Origin: Felis catus
Lineage: Eukaryota
NCBI RefSeq assembly: GCF_018350175.1
Contig: NC_058368.1
Location: 145,516,001-145,580,000 of the forward strand
Direction of reading: 5' to 3'
DNA: 64,000 nucleotides
Positions 27,201 to 38,937 of this stretch are shown piece after piece (position 1 is the stretch's first letter; each line of letters starts with the position of its first letter). The translations under genes were made by a program, and so were the position numbers. The notes beneath the pieces were generated by a model, which saw only the letters and a program-made list of their open reading frames with translations, was not told the origin of the DNA and ran no database searches.

Positions 27201-29519
27201 AACTCTCAGGCCCTGGAGCCTAGGGAGGGGTGGGTTTCAGCACTGTGAACATACAAATTGTTCGGAGAAGCCATGTAAGAAACACTGAAGTGTGCCCATT
27301 GGGTCAGCAACAGCCAGGCCATTTGTGTAGCTATGGTGAGTAAACAGAGTGTTGTGTGATGCCTGAAAGGGGGTTGAGGGAGTACACACAAAATTAATAA
27401 TCTTGTCATTAATTGGGAAAGGAAGATAGGATGATTCTTAGAGAGAGAAATGGAAGGGAAAGAGGATTTTATTTTTCACTGTAATTGATTTCTTTTTAAG
27501 ATGGAAAGGACTTGGATATTTTAGAAACTTATAGGGAAGAGCCAAAGGAGAGAGAAGATACAGGAAGAAGAGAATTGAAGGAACAAAGTCCCAGAAAAGC
27601 TGGGGGCGATGGAGGGATAAGAGACGGCTCTTCCTTTTTAACAGAAGTTATAAAGAACAAGATATGGTTATGGATTCAGATGTATTTTTAGTTTGGCAAG
27701 AAAAGGATATTTTATGGTTTCTATATTTTCTGTGAAGTTGGAAGCAAACTCCTCTGCTGACAGAGAGGGATTTCATAGCTTTAGAAAGAATGGAGAAGAT
27801 TTGACTTCCTTCCATGGGGGATGGAAGAGTAGACTAGAGAAACATGTCAGGACAAGGAGAAGGCATGGAGGGTCCACTTGAGGCAAGCAAGTTATATGAT
27901 CTTCTCTAGCAGTGCTCGGCAACCTGGGTGCAAGTGCAAAAGAATCAGGCCAAAGTGGGATTTTGCCAGGTGTTAAAATGGAGAGACAGTAGGCAAAGAA
28001 ATTGAGACTATTGGTAAGAAAGTGATTGAAATGACTAAGAACAGAATCTAAGTTTAAGTAGGAAGAGAGGAGGCGAGTTCATGGAAAATGTGGACCAGAG
28101 GTTCCCATTAAGTTAAAGAACTGAAGTCTTGGGGATCTTCTAAGAGATCTGAAAAGATAGGATTTTGTTGGTCTGGCAATGGTTTTAGAGGAGGAGTGAC
28201 TCTTGGTGTGGATAAATTCCTCGGTGAGGCTGTTGGAGTACTTAGCTGAAGTGGAATTCAAGAAAGAGGCCAGAGTGTTACTTGGGGCATCCATATGGAT
28301 GTAGAGTCACCTAAGATGAGAATGGGACTTGAGGCAGAAGGAAAGACTGAATAAAATCCTAAAATTTTAGAGCCCAGATTAATAAATAAGAACAATGAAG
28401 AGGAGGTGGAAGGTATTGGAATCTGATGGCATATACATCAAAGGAGCTGATTTTTTTTTAACATTTTCTTATTGAAGTACCACATACATTAACAAAAGTA
28501 TACAAATCTGATATATACAGATATTAATTGTCACATAGTGATTCTACTTACATAGCCACGATTCAGTCAAGAAATATATTTCTGAAATCTCAGAAACCCC
28601 CTTCTCATACCTGTTCCCAATCGTTTTCTTTCCCTTTTCTATAAATAAAACCATTATCTGATTTCTAAAATCTTATATTAGTTTTGCCTGTTTTTTGAAA
28701 TACAAATGGAATCATATACCGTGTATTGTATTCTTTTAATTCTGGTTACCTAGGCACAATATTATGTTCATGAGATTCATCCATGTTGTTGCATATAGCA
28801 GAAATCCATTGATTTTTATTGCCAGGTGGTACAGTGTTTCATTATATGACTGCACCACAATTTATTTGTCTTTGTACTGTCAACAGACATATGACTCCCC
28901 CACCACCAAGTTTTATCTATGATCATTCTATGATCATGTCTTTTGATGCATATATACTTCTCTGAGTTATATACCAAGAATAGAATTGCTGGGTCATAGA
29001 GTATGAATATGTTCAACTTTAGTAGGTAATACCAGTTTTTGAAACTATTGTATCAATAAACACTCCTGTCAGCGGCAAAGTAGTTTTGGTTGCACCATCT
29101 TCTGATCTCTGATATTGATATTATCATTCTTTTAAAATTTAACCATTCTGGTGGATGTTGTTTCAGTATTTCATCGTGGTTTAAATTTTATTTCCCTGAT
29201 AATGAGGACGATACGTTCTTTTATGAAGTGTCTGTTCAGATCTTTTGCCATTTTATTTTTCTTTTGGGCACCTGTCTTTCTCTTCTTGACTTGTAGGAAT
29301 TTTTTGTGTATTTTGGATATGAGTTCATTGGTGGATGTATGTGTAGCACATAGCTTATCCTATGTGGTAGTCTGATTTCTGATTTCCTTGCTGGTGTCTT
29401 TTGATAATCAGAGGTTTTTGTTTTAATGTAGTCTAACCTATGACTCTTCATGGTTTGTGATTTTTTTAGACTGTTTGAGATAATTGTGTACCCTAAGGCA
29501 ATGAAGGTAGTCTGTGTCC

Positions 29520-29720
29520 AGTGTTGTTCAATAGAAATGTAATCCAAAATGCAGATGCTTATATCTGTATTGTCCAATGCAGTCGTCATTAGACATATGT
29601 GGCTCTTGAGCCCTAGAAATGTGGTTAGTATGACTGAGGAACTGGATTTTAAATTTTATTTAACTTTAATAAATTTAAATAGTCACATGTGCCTGTTCAT
29701 TGTGCTGTTGGGCAGCTGTA
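29520..29720. mobile_element. MER3-like hAT-Charlie MITE
   Basis: cagtgttgttcaatagaa...gaaatgtggttagtatgactgaggaactggattttaaattttattt...agtcacatgtg. Confidence 0.7.
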
Positions 29721-30884
29721 TTACCTAGATGCTTTATTAATTTACCTTTCAGATTATTTTCTGTGAGCCACTGGGAACTGGTGTTTGTTTATGGTAGGAG
29801 GTATAGTTCAAATTTCATTTTTTTTCCATATGAATAGCCAATCGGTAGCACAGCATCATTTATCAAGAAGATTGCCCTTTATACACTGTTCTGTCGCCTT
29901 TGTTGCATGTTAAATTTCCACATGTGAGTAGGTCTGTTTCAGGATTCTCTGTTTATTCAGTTTGTCTGTCCTTGTGTCGTCACCATACTGTCTTTATTAC
30001 TATAGGTTTATAATAAGTCTTGATATCCATTAGAAAAAACTGAACAATTTCATTCTTCTTTTTCTTAGCTAGTCTTGTCTCGTAATTTTCATTTAAATTT
30101 TATAAGCAGCTTATCAATTTCCACTAAATCATTCTGGGATTTGGGTATTAAGTTGGATCTAGAGATCAACTTGGAGTTAGTGGAAATTTTTACAATATTG
30201 ACTCTTCCGATCTGAATATGGTATATCCCTCCACTAATTTAGTTAAGTTTTTCCTTTATTATCATTTTTAGAGTAGTCTACTTATAGATCACACATATCT
30301 TTTGTTGAATTTTCTTAGCTTCGTGCTTTGTCTACAGCTTCTAGTACACTATTGAATAGAAGTGGTGATGTGGGTATCTCATTCCCAGTTTAAGGGAAAT
30401 CTTTCAATACTTTAGGTATGAGGTTTATGTTAGGTTTTATTGTAGATATCCTTTATCTGATTAAGGAAATTTCCTCCTATTCCTAGTTTACTTGATATTT
30501 TTGAGATGTTGATTTTTTAAATTAAATGCTTTATCTGCATCTTTGGAGATAATCAATGATTTTTTTTTTTTTTTTGCTCTCATAATATGGTAAATTACAT
30601 TGATTTTCAAATGTTAAATTAACCTTACATTCTTGGAGAAAAAATCCAACTTGGTTTAAACATACTACTCTTTCACTATATTTCTGGATTTTGTTTGCTG
30701 ATATTTTTCATAGGACATTTTCATTTATATTTATAAGAGAAATTGGCCTGTAATTTTTCTTTCTTTTCTTTCTTGTCAGTTTTAGGTATCAAGGCTACGT
30801 TACCTTTAGAAAATGGGTTGAGAATGGATCTTTTTTTTTTCCATTCTCTGAAGGAGCTTATGTTATGTTTGTGTTATTTCTTCT

Positions 30885-31109
30885 TTATTAAAAAAAAAAT
30901 TTTTTTTAGTCTTTATTTACCTTTGAGAGAGAGACAGACAGAGAGAGAGAGTGAAAGTGGGGGAGGAACAGAGAGAGAAAGGGAGGGACCGAATCCAAAG
31001 CAGGCTCCAGGCTCTGAGGTGAACCCATGAACCCATGAACCCATGAACCGTGAGATCAATACCTGAGCCAAAGTCAGACACCCAACTGACTGAGCCACCC
31101 AGGTGCCCC
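30885..31109 (-). mobile_element. CanSINE with internal deletion and (GAACCCAT)n insertion
   Basis: Consensus match; TSD tgttatttcttcttta on both sides. Confidence 0.88.
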
Positions 31110-31339
31110 ATGTTATTTCTTCTTTAAATATCTGGGAGAATTAATGAAGCCACATGGATCTGGAATTTTCTTCATAGGAAGGTTTTTAACAAAAGATAAG
31201 ATTTCTTCTCTAGATATAGTACTATCTAGCTATCAGTCTAATTATGGCTTCTTTGAATGTAATCCTTCATTTTTCTTTGGGTGTCTTCAGGATTAACTTC
31301 TTGCTTTTTAGGCATCTTATGTATGTTTTCTAGTCTTTA

Positions 31340-31972
31340 TGTTGCAGGATTTCTTTTCTTTTCTCTCTCTCTTTTTTTTTTTTTTTTTTACCTCAGTACC
31401 CAGGATTTGTTGTTTTGCCGCTTCAAAGAATGAAGAGGTGGACACAAAATAAAATAAGCAGCAGGCAAAAGTTTATTTAGAGTATAAGATTAGAAAGTAA
31501 GAATTGTGTGAAAGCTCTCTTTCCATAGAGGGGGCATTTGAAAGTAAATGTCTATGACAAAAGCAAGGGACTTTGTTTTATAAGGTTTTGGTTGGCGCTC
31601 CCCTCCCCTTCCCCCTGTTTCTTTTCAGGTTCTACCGTTATTGGCTTGATAACTCTAGGTGCTGGGTTGTCCATTCCTGATTGGCTCGATTCCATTGCGT
31701 GAGGAATCAGACTATGGTCATACTGTCCCTTATATAACATAAGTTTTATGGGTTACTTATTTTGGTTAGGGATTTTGATTGTCAAATTCCTGAGGGGAAC
31801 CTGAGGGGTAGTGAGTGTGTCTGTTACATTTTAAGAGGAACCTTAAGCCTGAGGGAATTCGCTGTGGTCAGACACTCCTAGCATTGTTCCAAAATATGTG
31901 TTTTTCCCCACCCAGGGACCTCAGGTCTTAACCTTTCCCTCTCTGCCTATTTTATCCTCTTTTTCTCTATCA
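31340..31972 (-). mobile_element. Probable ERV1-class solo LTR, unrelated to the provirus LTRs
   Basis: TG...CA bounded block of about 630 bp interrupting L1 text; minus-strand AATAAA (tttatt near 31472) and CCAAT boxes (attgg near 31640 and 31680). No clean TSD. Confidence 0.5.
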
Positions 31973-34839
31973 TATTTATATCTATCCTTCTTGAAATTCT
32001 GGTTCCTTTTGAATATTTGGCTTGTTGTTTTCCACTGGTTTTTGAAAATTGTTGCCATTTTCTCTTTAAATATTTTGCTTCTGCCCCAGGCTCTCTATGC
32101 TCTCTTTGGTGACTCCAATTACAGGTATTTAGACCTCTTTACCATACATCATATATCTTTCATGCTCTTTTCCTTTCCATTTTTGTTTCTCTATGCTTCA
32201 TTCTAGTTTTTTTTTTTTTTTCCCTGACCTATCTTCCAGTTTCATCTGTGTAAATATGCTATGAAAGCCTTTCATTGAGATCTAAATTTGAGTTATAGTA
32301 TTTTCGGGTCTAGCGTTTTAATTTAGCTCATTAAAAAAAAAGTCCAGTTTCCTACCAAAATGCTCAAGCTTGTCCTGAATATATTAATAGAAGTTTGAAG
32401 TCCATGTCTGCAAAATTCTTATCTAGATCATAGGGTTGTTTCTATTGTCTGTTTTTTCTCTTGGGTTTTGGTCAAGTCTTTTCATATATCTATATATTTA
32501 ATTGCTTCTTTTTATTAGGATCCAGATGTTGTATGTATAAAACTTACAGAATAATGTAAGGCTCTGTAAAATGTTATTTATCTCCAGAGAGGACTTATTT
32601 CTGCTTCAAGCAGGCAGCTAGTTTAGGGGCACTAGCAATTTCTGATCACATTGATACAGTTAAAGATTGAGATGTATCAAAGCTGGGTTTCAGTTGCTGT
32701 AAAGACTGATCTGTTTCCAGAACCCTTACTTTTAAAGTGTAGTCCTTCTAAATCCCATCCAAAATCTGTATGTTTTTACCAGGAGCCCTCTTCATTGGTA
32801 GACTCTGAACTTTCAGAATCAAGAGTCACAAAGGCAAAAGACAGTTCCCAATTCCAACTTCACTTTGCTGGGCTTACTTCTTCTCCTGATTCTTTGTCCT
32901 ATAATCCCATGTTTTTATAATTTTTAAATGCCTTCAAACAGGTGTTAAATTTTTTCCAACTTGTCTAGTTCCTAGTGGGAACCATGCTGGACAGGAACTT
33001 GTTTGAACTGGGACTTTTTGAAGAAGGTTAGGTGGGGGCTGTTTGGAACTGGCATTAGGAAAGAGCCCCCCACTCCCGCCCCGGCCCTGGCACTGAGTTT
33101 CTATTTGAGAGGCGCTGCAAGGCAAACAGAGTCTTAAGGGGCTGTCAGATTTTAGTGAGGACAAAAGTTAAAGGATATAGGCTGAGAAGAGGCTGAGAAA
33201 GTTGGAAAGTTTGGAGGAGGGGAGGGTCAATATAAATGTTTTTTCTTTAGGATGAGTTGGTTGAACTTGATGACATCTAAGTTTCCATATAATTTGAAAT
33301 TCTAGGATTCTATTAAATGAACTGGGCTTCCATTTAGGTTAATTTATAAGTTTAATTAGAATTTAAAATTTCTCCTGTAGAGATAAGGATATCATCATAA
33401 AGAAAACTTCCAGGTTTTAATTTCAGCACAATAGCTTCCAGTTGTAAAACATTGAACCGGCTTCTTTCCATAGTGCACAATGGGATTCTAAAATCTTAAG
33501 TCCAAAGGGAACCAGTTGAAATATTATCTGCTGTGGATCATTACATAGAGTACATTTATGGAACCTGGCTCATTTCTTTATATCTTATCAATGTGTTATG
33601 ATTTTATTATTTCTTATATGTAACTTACAGATCCTGGATTATTCTCACCCATGATGTAAGTGCCTCCACTCATCTAACTTCTCCTGGATCCTCAGACTCA
33701 TTCGCTTCTGTCCCTTCTGTGCCCCGACTCTGTTTCCCACTTCTCTCTGCATGCCATACTTTCCACCGTGCTGTCAGAATTCCTCTTCCATGGGGGAGAA
33801 AGTTTCATTTATTCCAAGCCTTTCCACTATTGTCTTTAACTGAATCTGGCTCTCTCTTTCCCTGTAGGCTTCTCTTTCCCGAACATCTCAAATGGCCACG
33901 TGAGGCTCATGACCCCTTCAGCCTTTTGTAAAATCTACAGCACCTTGTGGCTATGACTGGCTCACTGCCCACTATCCTGATTGCTTTCATGTACTGCCTC
34001 TCATGTACTCCTGTATTCGCACTCCAGCAGACCCTGGCTGCACTGAGTGCTTCAGTCCTTTTACCCCTTTATTTTTATACTCACCACCCTTACCTCAATG
34101 TTCTTACACCTCTCCGTACCTGGTGTACAGTCTATGACCCAAGTCATTAATCATCTGTTCCAAACCCTTTAATATCCTGTATCTCTCTCATGTTGTGCCC
34201 ATCTGCAAGTAATCTGAACATCTCTGGAGAAAAAGTCACACAGCCATGTTGTTGAATCCCACTTCAAACTGACAACCACAGCATGCAAGGTGACCACATC
34301 ATATGATGCCCTTCCTCTACTAAATTCACCTTCCTACTCCCCTATTTCACAACTTCTTCTCTCATGGCTCAAGCTCCTCTTCCCTACATCACCCCCTTAC
34401 CTTGTAGTGAAAATAAACTTAACAGGAGAGAGCCACCTCATTTTCTCAGCACCTGTGCTCCAGCCTACTGACATCTGTACCCACACACTCCACTTTTACT
34501 ACTGTTACTGTGGGGAAAGTGGACCTGCCCCTTTCTAACCACCAGCCCCTTCTTGTGCCCTGGATCCTCTTCCTTCTCAGGGATGTGGCTCCCACAGTAA
34601 TGCCCTTCCTTTCTTACATCATCCTGTCGTCCTGCCACGGGGATTATGAACAGAAAGTTCATAGACAGGTATAAACAAGCATCTTAAATATTTGAAAAGA
34701 TATTCAAGCCTACTTATATAAAGAATAACGAAAATTAAAACTATACTGAAATGCCATTTTTAACCTACTATATTAGCAAAGATATATAAGTTTGAAAACA
34801 CATGGTTTTGAGAAGAATACAGGGAAAAAAGGGTATTTT

Positions 34840-35813
34840 CTTTTTTTTTAGGTTGATAGTGGTAGCTTTTTTTTATTATTATATGAATTTATTGTCAAAT
34901 TAGTTTCCATACAACACCCAGTGCTCATCCCAAAAGATGCCCTCTTCAATGCCCATCACCTACCTTCCCCTCCCTCACATCCCCCATCAACCCTCAGTTT
35001 GTTCTCAGTTTTTAACAGTCTCTTATGCTTTGGCTCTCTCCCACTCTAACCTCTTTTTTTTTTTCCTTCCCCTCCCCCATGGGTTCCTGTTAAGTTTCTC
35101 AGGATCCACCTAAGAGTGAAAACATATGGTATCTGTCTTTTTCTGTATAGCTTTTTTCACTTAGCATCACACTCTCCAGTTCCATACACGTTGCTACAAA
35201 GGGCCATATTTCATTCTTTCTCATTGCCATGTAGTACTCCATTGTGTATATAAACCACAATTTCTTTATCCATTCATCAGTTGATGGACATTTAGGCTCT
35301 TTCCATAATTTGGCTATTGTTGAGAGTGCTGCTATAAACATTGGGGTACAAGTGCCCCTATGTATCAGTACTCCCGTATCCCTTGGGTAAATTCCTAGCA
35401 GTGCTACTGCTGGGTCATAGGGTAGGTCTATTTTTAATTTTCTGAGGAACCTCCACACTGTTTTCCAGAGTGGCTGCACCAGTTGGCATTCCCACCAACA
35501 GTGCAAGAGGGTTCCCGTTTCTCCACATCCTCTCCAGCATCTATAGTCTCCCGATTTGTTCATTTTGGTCACTCTGACTGGCATGAGGTGATATCTGAGT
35601 GTGTTTTTGATTTGTATTTCCCTGATGAGGAGCGACGTTGAGCATCTTTTCATGTGCCTGTTGGCCATCCGGATGTCTTCTTTAGAGAAGTGTATATTCA
35701 TGTTTTCTGCCCATTTCTTCACTGGATTATTTGTTTTTTGGGCATGGAGTTTGGTGAGCTCTTTATAGATTTTGGATACTAGCCCTTTGTCCGATATGTC
35801 ATTTGCAAATATC
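34840..35813 (-). mobile_element. Young 5'-truncated felid L1 (ORF2 C-terminus, 3'UTR, poly(A))
   Basis: Open 238-aa ORF2 tail (35099-35815) with [18 protein letters not shown] zinc knuckle; G-rich 3'UTR and AATAAA; 15-bp TSD aaaaaagggtatttt at 34825-34839 and 35814-35828. Confidence 0.95.
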
Positions 35814-36860
35814 AAAAAAGGGTATTTTTACACTGTGCTATTGAGAGCAAATAAGTACAACTGCACTAGAGGTCAATTTGATGACATCTAGAAAAATTAC
35901 TAAATTTATATACCCTTTGACCCATCATTCCCTCTGGTGGGGTTAATCCTGTATTAGACCTACAAGTGCTAGAGTGCCCCCCAGGGCTTAGGAGACATTC
36001 TGTGTCTGCATTCTCTTCCTAAGTGAGTTTTATCCAGTTCTGTGTCTTTAAGTAACTTTTATGTGACAGAGGTTCAAGTTAAGTCTAGCCCAGAGATTCC
36101 TGTTCATTCCAGACTAACTTATTTAAACTGTCTATGTGATAGTTTGATGACATCTCAAACTTGAAGCGGCCCAAATAGGATTGATGTTCCTTCTTCCTCC
36201 CCAGTCCACTCCTCACCTCACCAAACATTTTTCATTTCAGTAAATGATTCCACTATTCTCTCAGTTTCTCAGGCAAACAAACAAACAAACAAACAAATAA
36301 CTAGTAACATATTTTGTTACATTTAGATCTGAACTTTTTGCCTTTATTTATTCTTTGGCTTTTTTCTATTTGTAGCTTATCTTAACTCAAAGACATTGAA
36401 TTTGCTTCTCACTCTCCAATTTCTATTTCAGCCTTTTCCTTTGGACTTGAAACAAGTTATCATCTTACAGGCTAGGGGTTTGGTTCTTCCTGACCATGGT
36501 CTTGGCTTGTCATCTCTCCCCACCTTGGCTGCTTCTAAGTGGTTCTCCCAGTCCTACTTGGTGACCTTTTTACCTCTGGCCACCACATTCCTTAAGTTCT
36601 TTGTGAAAAACTCAGAGAATTCTAATCATTTAAGTGTCTGATAGGGAAAGCTTAGGATGTCAATGTAATAAGTTAGAACTGTGGCAGATGAATGAGAAAG
36701 CTCATCTTAGCTGATCAGCATTGAGGAAGATTCTTGGAAGCCATCTTTTAATGAGTGTATTACCTAGTGAGCTTAGAAGCACAGCAAGCAGAGTTTGATG
36801 ATTTTAAAGCCAACATCCACCTGGTGTGGCCAACTCCACCGTGCACATCCCCGCTGGTTA

Positions 36861-37160
36861 TGTTATGGAACCAGGCTGGAACGCTGGTGGAAAAACCAAG
36901 CAGCACTTGGAGATCTTGGTGGATCAGAGATTTATTTAACACCGGCAGGTTCAGAGGAGACCATTTCTCCAAAGATCTAAGCCCCAAATGCAAGTGGGAA
37001 GGGTAATTTATAGTTGTCAGCTTCCATATCCACGGCGGGTTTTTACGGGAGGCAAACAGGGCAAGAAGAACTCAGAAGAGGGGTCTCTAAGCCAGAGACC
37101 AGAGTTGGTTTTAGTCCCATTGGCCAACTTTGGCACAGTCCTTTATTCATTTCTCCAACA
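36861..37160 (-). repeat. 3' LTR of the provirus
   Basis: 300 bp; minus-strand TATAAA at 37007-37012, AATAAA at 36931-36936 and CCAAT at 37119-37123; 278/300 identical to the 5' LTR by hand alignment. Confidence 0.97.
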
Positions 37161-37172
37161 TTCCCCCCCTTT
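37161..37172 (-). other. Polypurine tract
   Basis: Minus strand AAAGGGGGGAA-type purine run directly abutting the TG of the 3' LTR. Confidence 0.93.
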
Positions 37173-37192
37173 GATGCCCTTAAAAAAAACTT

Positions 37193-38701
37193 TTAGTAGG
37201 CATCACTTTTTAGTTTTACAAGTTGGTACCCTCAGAAGGCTAAGATATGTGCTATAGTTTGGCAAGCAACAGTGTTTTCAATAAAACATACTACGGCATT
37301 CAGTATACAGGGGCCAATGGATACCAGTAAAATTATGGAGAGGAGGGGCCCCGCCAGGGCAGGAATCTGGGATGCCCAATCTGTGAGATCTCATCCTTTC
37401 CATTGATTGATACTTTCCTGTTGTCTACCTGCAATTCTTTCCTTGAGTTCCTTAACCTTAGTTGTAACTATTCCTGACTGTTTACAAAATAGCAACATTC
37501 CTCCCCCAGAAAGATACAAGTCCCTCCTTTTTCTGAAGTGAGGAGGTTGAGGGCTCGCCTATTTTGGAGGGTCACTGCTGCCACAGAGTTTATTTGGCTT
37601 TATAAGGTTATCAGAGAATCTGCCACCTGTTCCGTGTCTTCATTTAGCTCTTGAGATAGTCCATGGTATAGTCCTACAGATGAACCTATGCCCCCTATTC
37701 CAGTTCCTATTCCTGTTGCAATTCCTACTCCTATCGGAGCAGGTAGCAGGATTGCCCATTTAGCCAGGGACGTGGGGCTAAAGGCTGTTAGGAACTGATC
37801 TTCAGTGTATATGGATATCTCTGGGGTTAGGAAGTGTATATGGATATCTCTGGGGTTAGGAAGACAGAATAACATATTTGAATCCAGCTGACCTCTAAGC
37901 ATTGGTAGGCCAAACTAGAACACAGGTAGAACACCCCAGAGGTTGAACATAGGGTTGTACTCCTCTTTAAGGTTATATTTCTTCTGCATAGAGAAGTACC
38001 ATTCATACCTTCAGGGACTGTACAGATTAGATTGTCAGCATTTGTGAGACAGACCCCAGTGGCCAGGGGTCCAATTAAGACAGAAGTTTTGGTTTTGAGA
38101 TTTTCAGGAGTTTCCCAGGTCACAGGGATGGGAGTGGCTAAGTAAGGCCTCTGGCTGAGGGAAAAGCACATCCAGCAGGTTTGGGTGTGATTATCTATTT
38201 TATGGAGGACTTGTAGAGTAGTGTTGGCCCAATGCTGGAGTGGGGAATTGGTAAGCATCTGACTGAGGGCTGAAAGGTTCAAACCCTGTTAGGCTGCCAG
38301 GGGAGTAGTCGCCTTTATGGCTTGTATTACCCTATCATGGGTATCCTTTGTAACTTTTTGAAGGGCTCTGTCTTGCATCCATCCCCCGTCAGAGATTCCC
38401 CATTGAGGAAGGTAAGTATAGCAAGCCCACTTCCCTTTCTAGAGGCCCTTGTTGTGACATGGGTTCCTAATATTTTGGGTTATCTCTACGGTCTAATACT
38501 TAGTCCTTGGGGCACCAGGTAACTGACAGAAAGCAGGTGTTTTTCCCTTGTAGCAATCTTTGTGGAGGGAGGAGAAGGCGCTGAATGCCCTTGACCCCCT
38601 TATTGTCATATAACAATCCTGGGGGCAAAGTGGATAAGTGGCAGTTGTGAAGGTGAGAGAGGTTATCATAATATACAAGCAATACTTAATAATCTTCCCA
38701 T
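37193..38701 (-). pseudogene. env: env pseudogene, syncytin-1/ERV-W (RDR group)-like
   Basis: SU: GISDGGWMQD, CWMC, TSVLIGPL. TM: fusion peptide GIATGIGTGIGGI, LSQELNEDTEQVADSL, immunosuppressive domain LQNRRALNLLTSEKGGT, CX6CC (CIFLGEECC), anchor LAGPLLSIILLVSIGPCILN, YQLV tail. Multiple stops and frameshifts; furin site degraded (SLAKW). Confidence 0.93.
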
Positions 38702-38839
38702 CCAGAGGAGGTATGTGAGACCCAGCATGTATCTTTTATCCCATGTCCAGCTTGTTGGTACAGTCTCTATCAGCCCAACAGTAAGAAGTAAGATCAGGGC
38801 TATGATACCAGTAAAGGGCAAGGGTTGGCAGAGTTGCAT
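38666..38839 (-). CDS. 57-aa hydrophobic ORF between pol and env (possible accessory protein or extended env leader)
   Basis: ATG 38839 to TGA 38666: MQLCQPLPFTGIIALILLLTVGLIETVPTSWTWDKRYMLGLTYLLWMGRLLSIACIL. Below the ORF-track cutoff; function unproven. Confidence 0.35.
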   Translation of the reverse strand: MQLCQPLPFTGIIALILLLTVGLIETVPTSWTWDKRYMLGLTYLLWMGRLLSIACIL

Positions 38840-38937
38840 CCGAACCCCTGGGCTTGGTGCATGCGTTGATTCCTCAAGCTTCTGCCGTGCGCAGGCCAGC
38901 TAGCTTCTGGGGTGTGGCTGGAGCAGGGCTGGAGGTC

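Larger units (their letters stand above)
28455..32935 (-). mobile_element. Old L1M fragments hosting MER3-like, SINE and solo LTR insertions
   Basis: Antisense L1 text (tgagattcatccatgttgttgc; agaattgctgggtcata; gtaaattacattgattttcaaatgtt). Boundaries approximate. Confidence 0.6.

Noticed and set aside
37193..38701. Env as a co-opted syncytin or restriction gene at this locus
   Set aside because: Several stops, at least three frameshifts and a lost furin site; no long intact env ORF.
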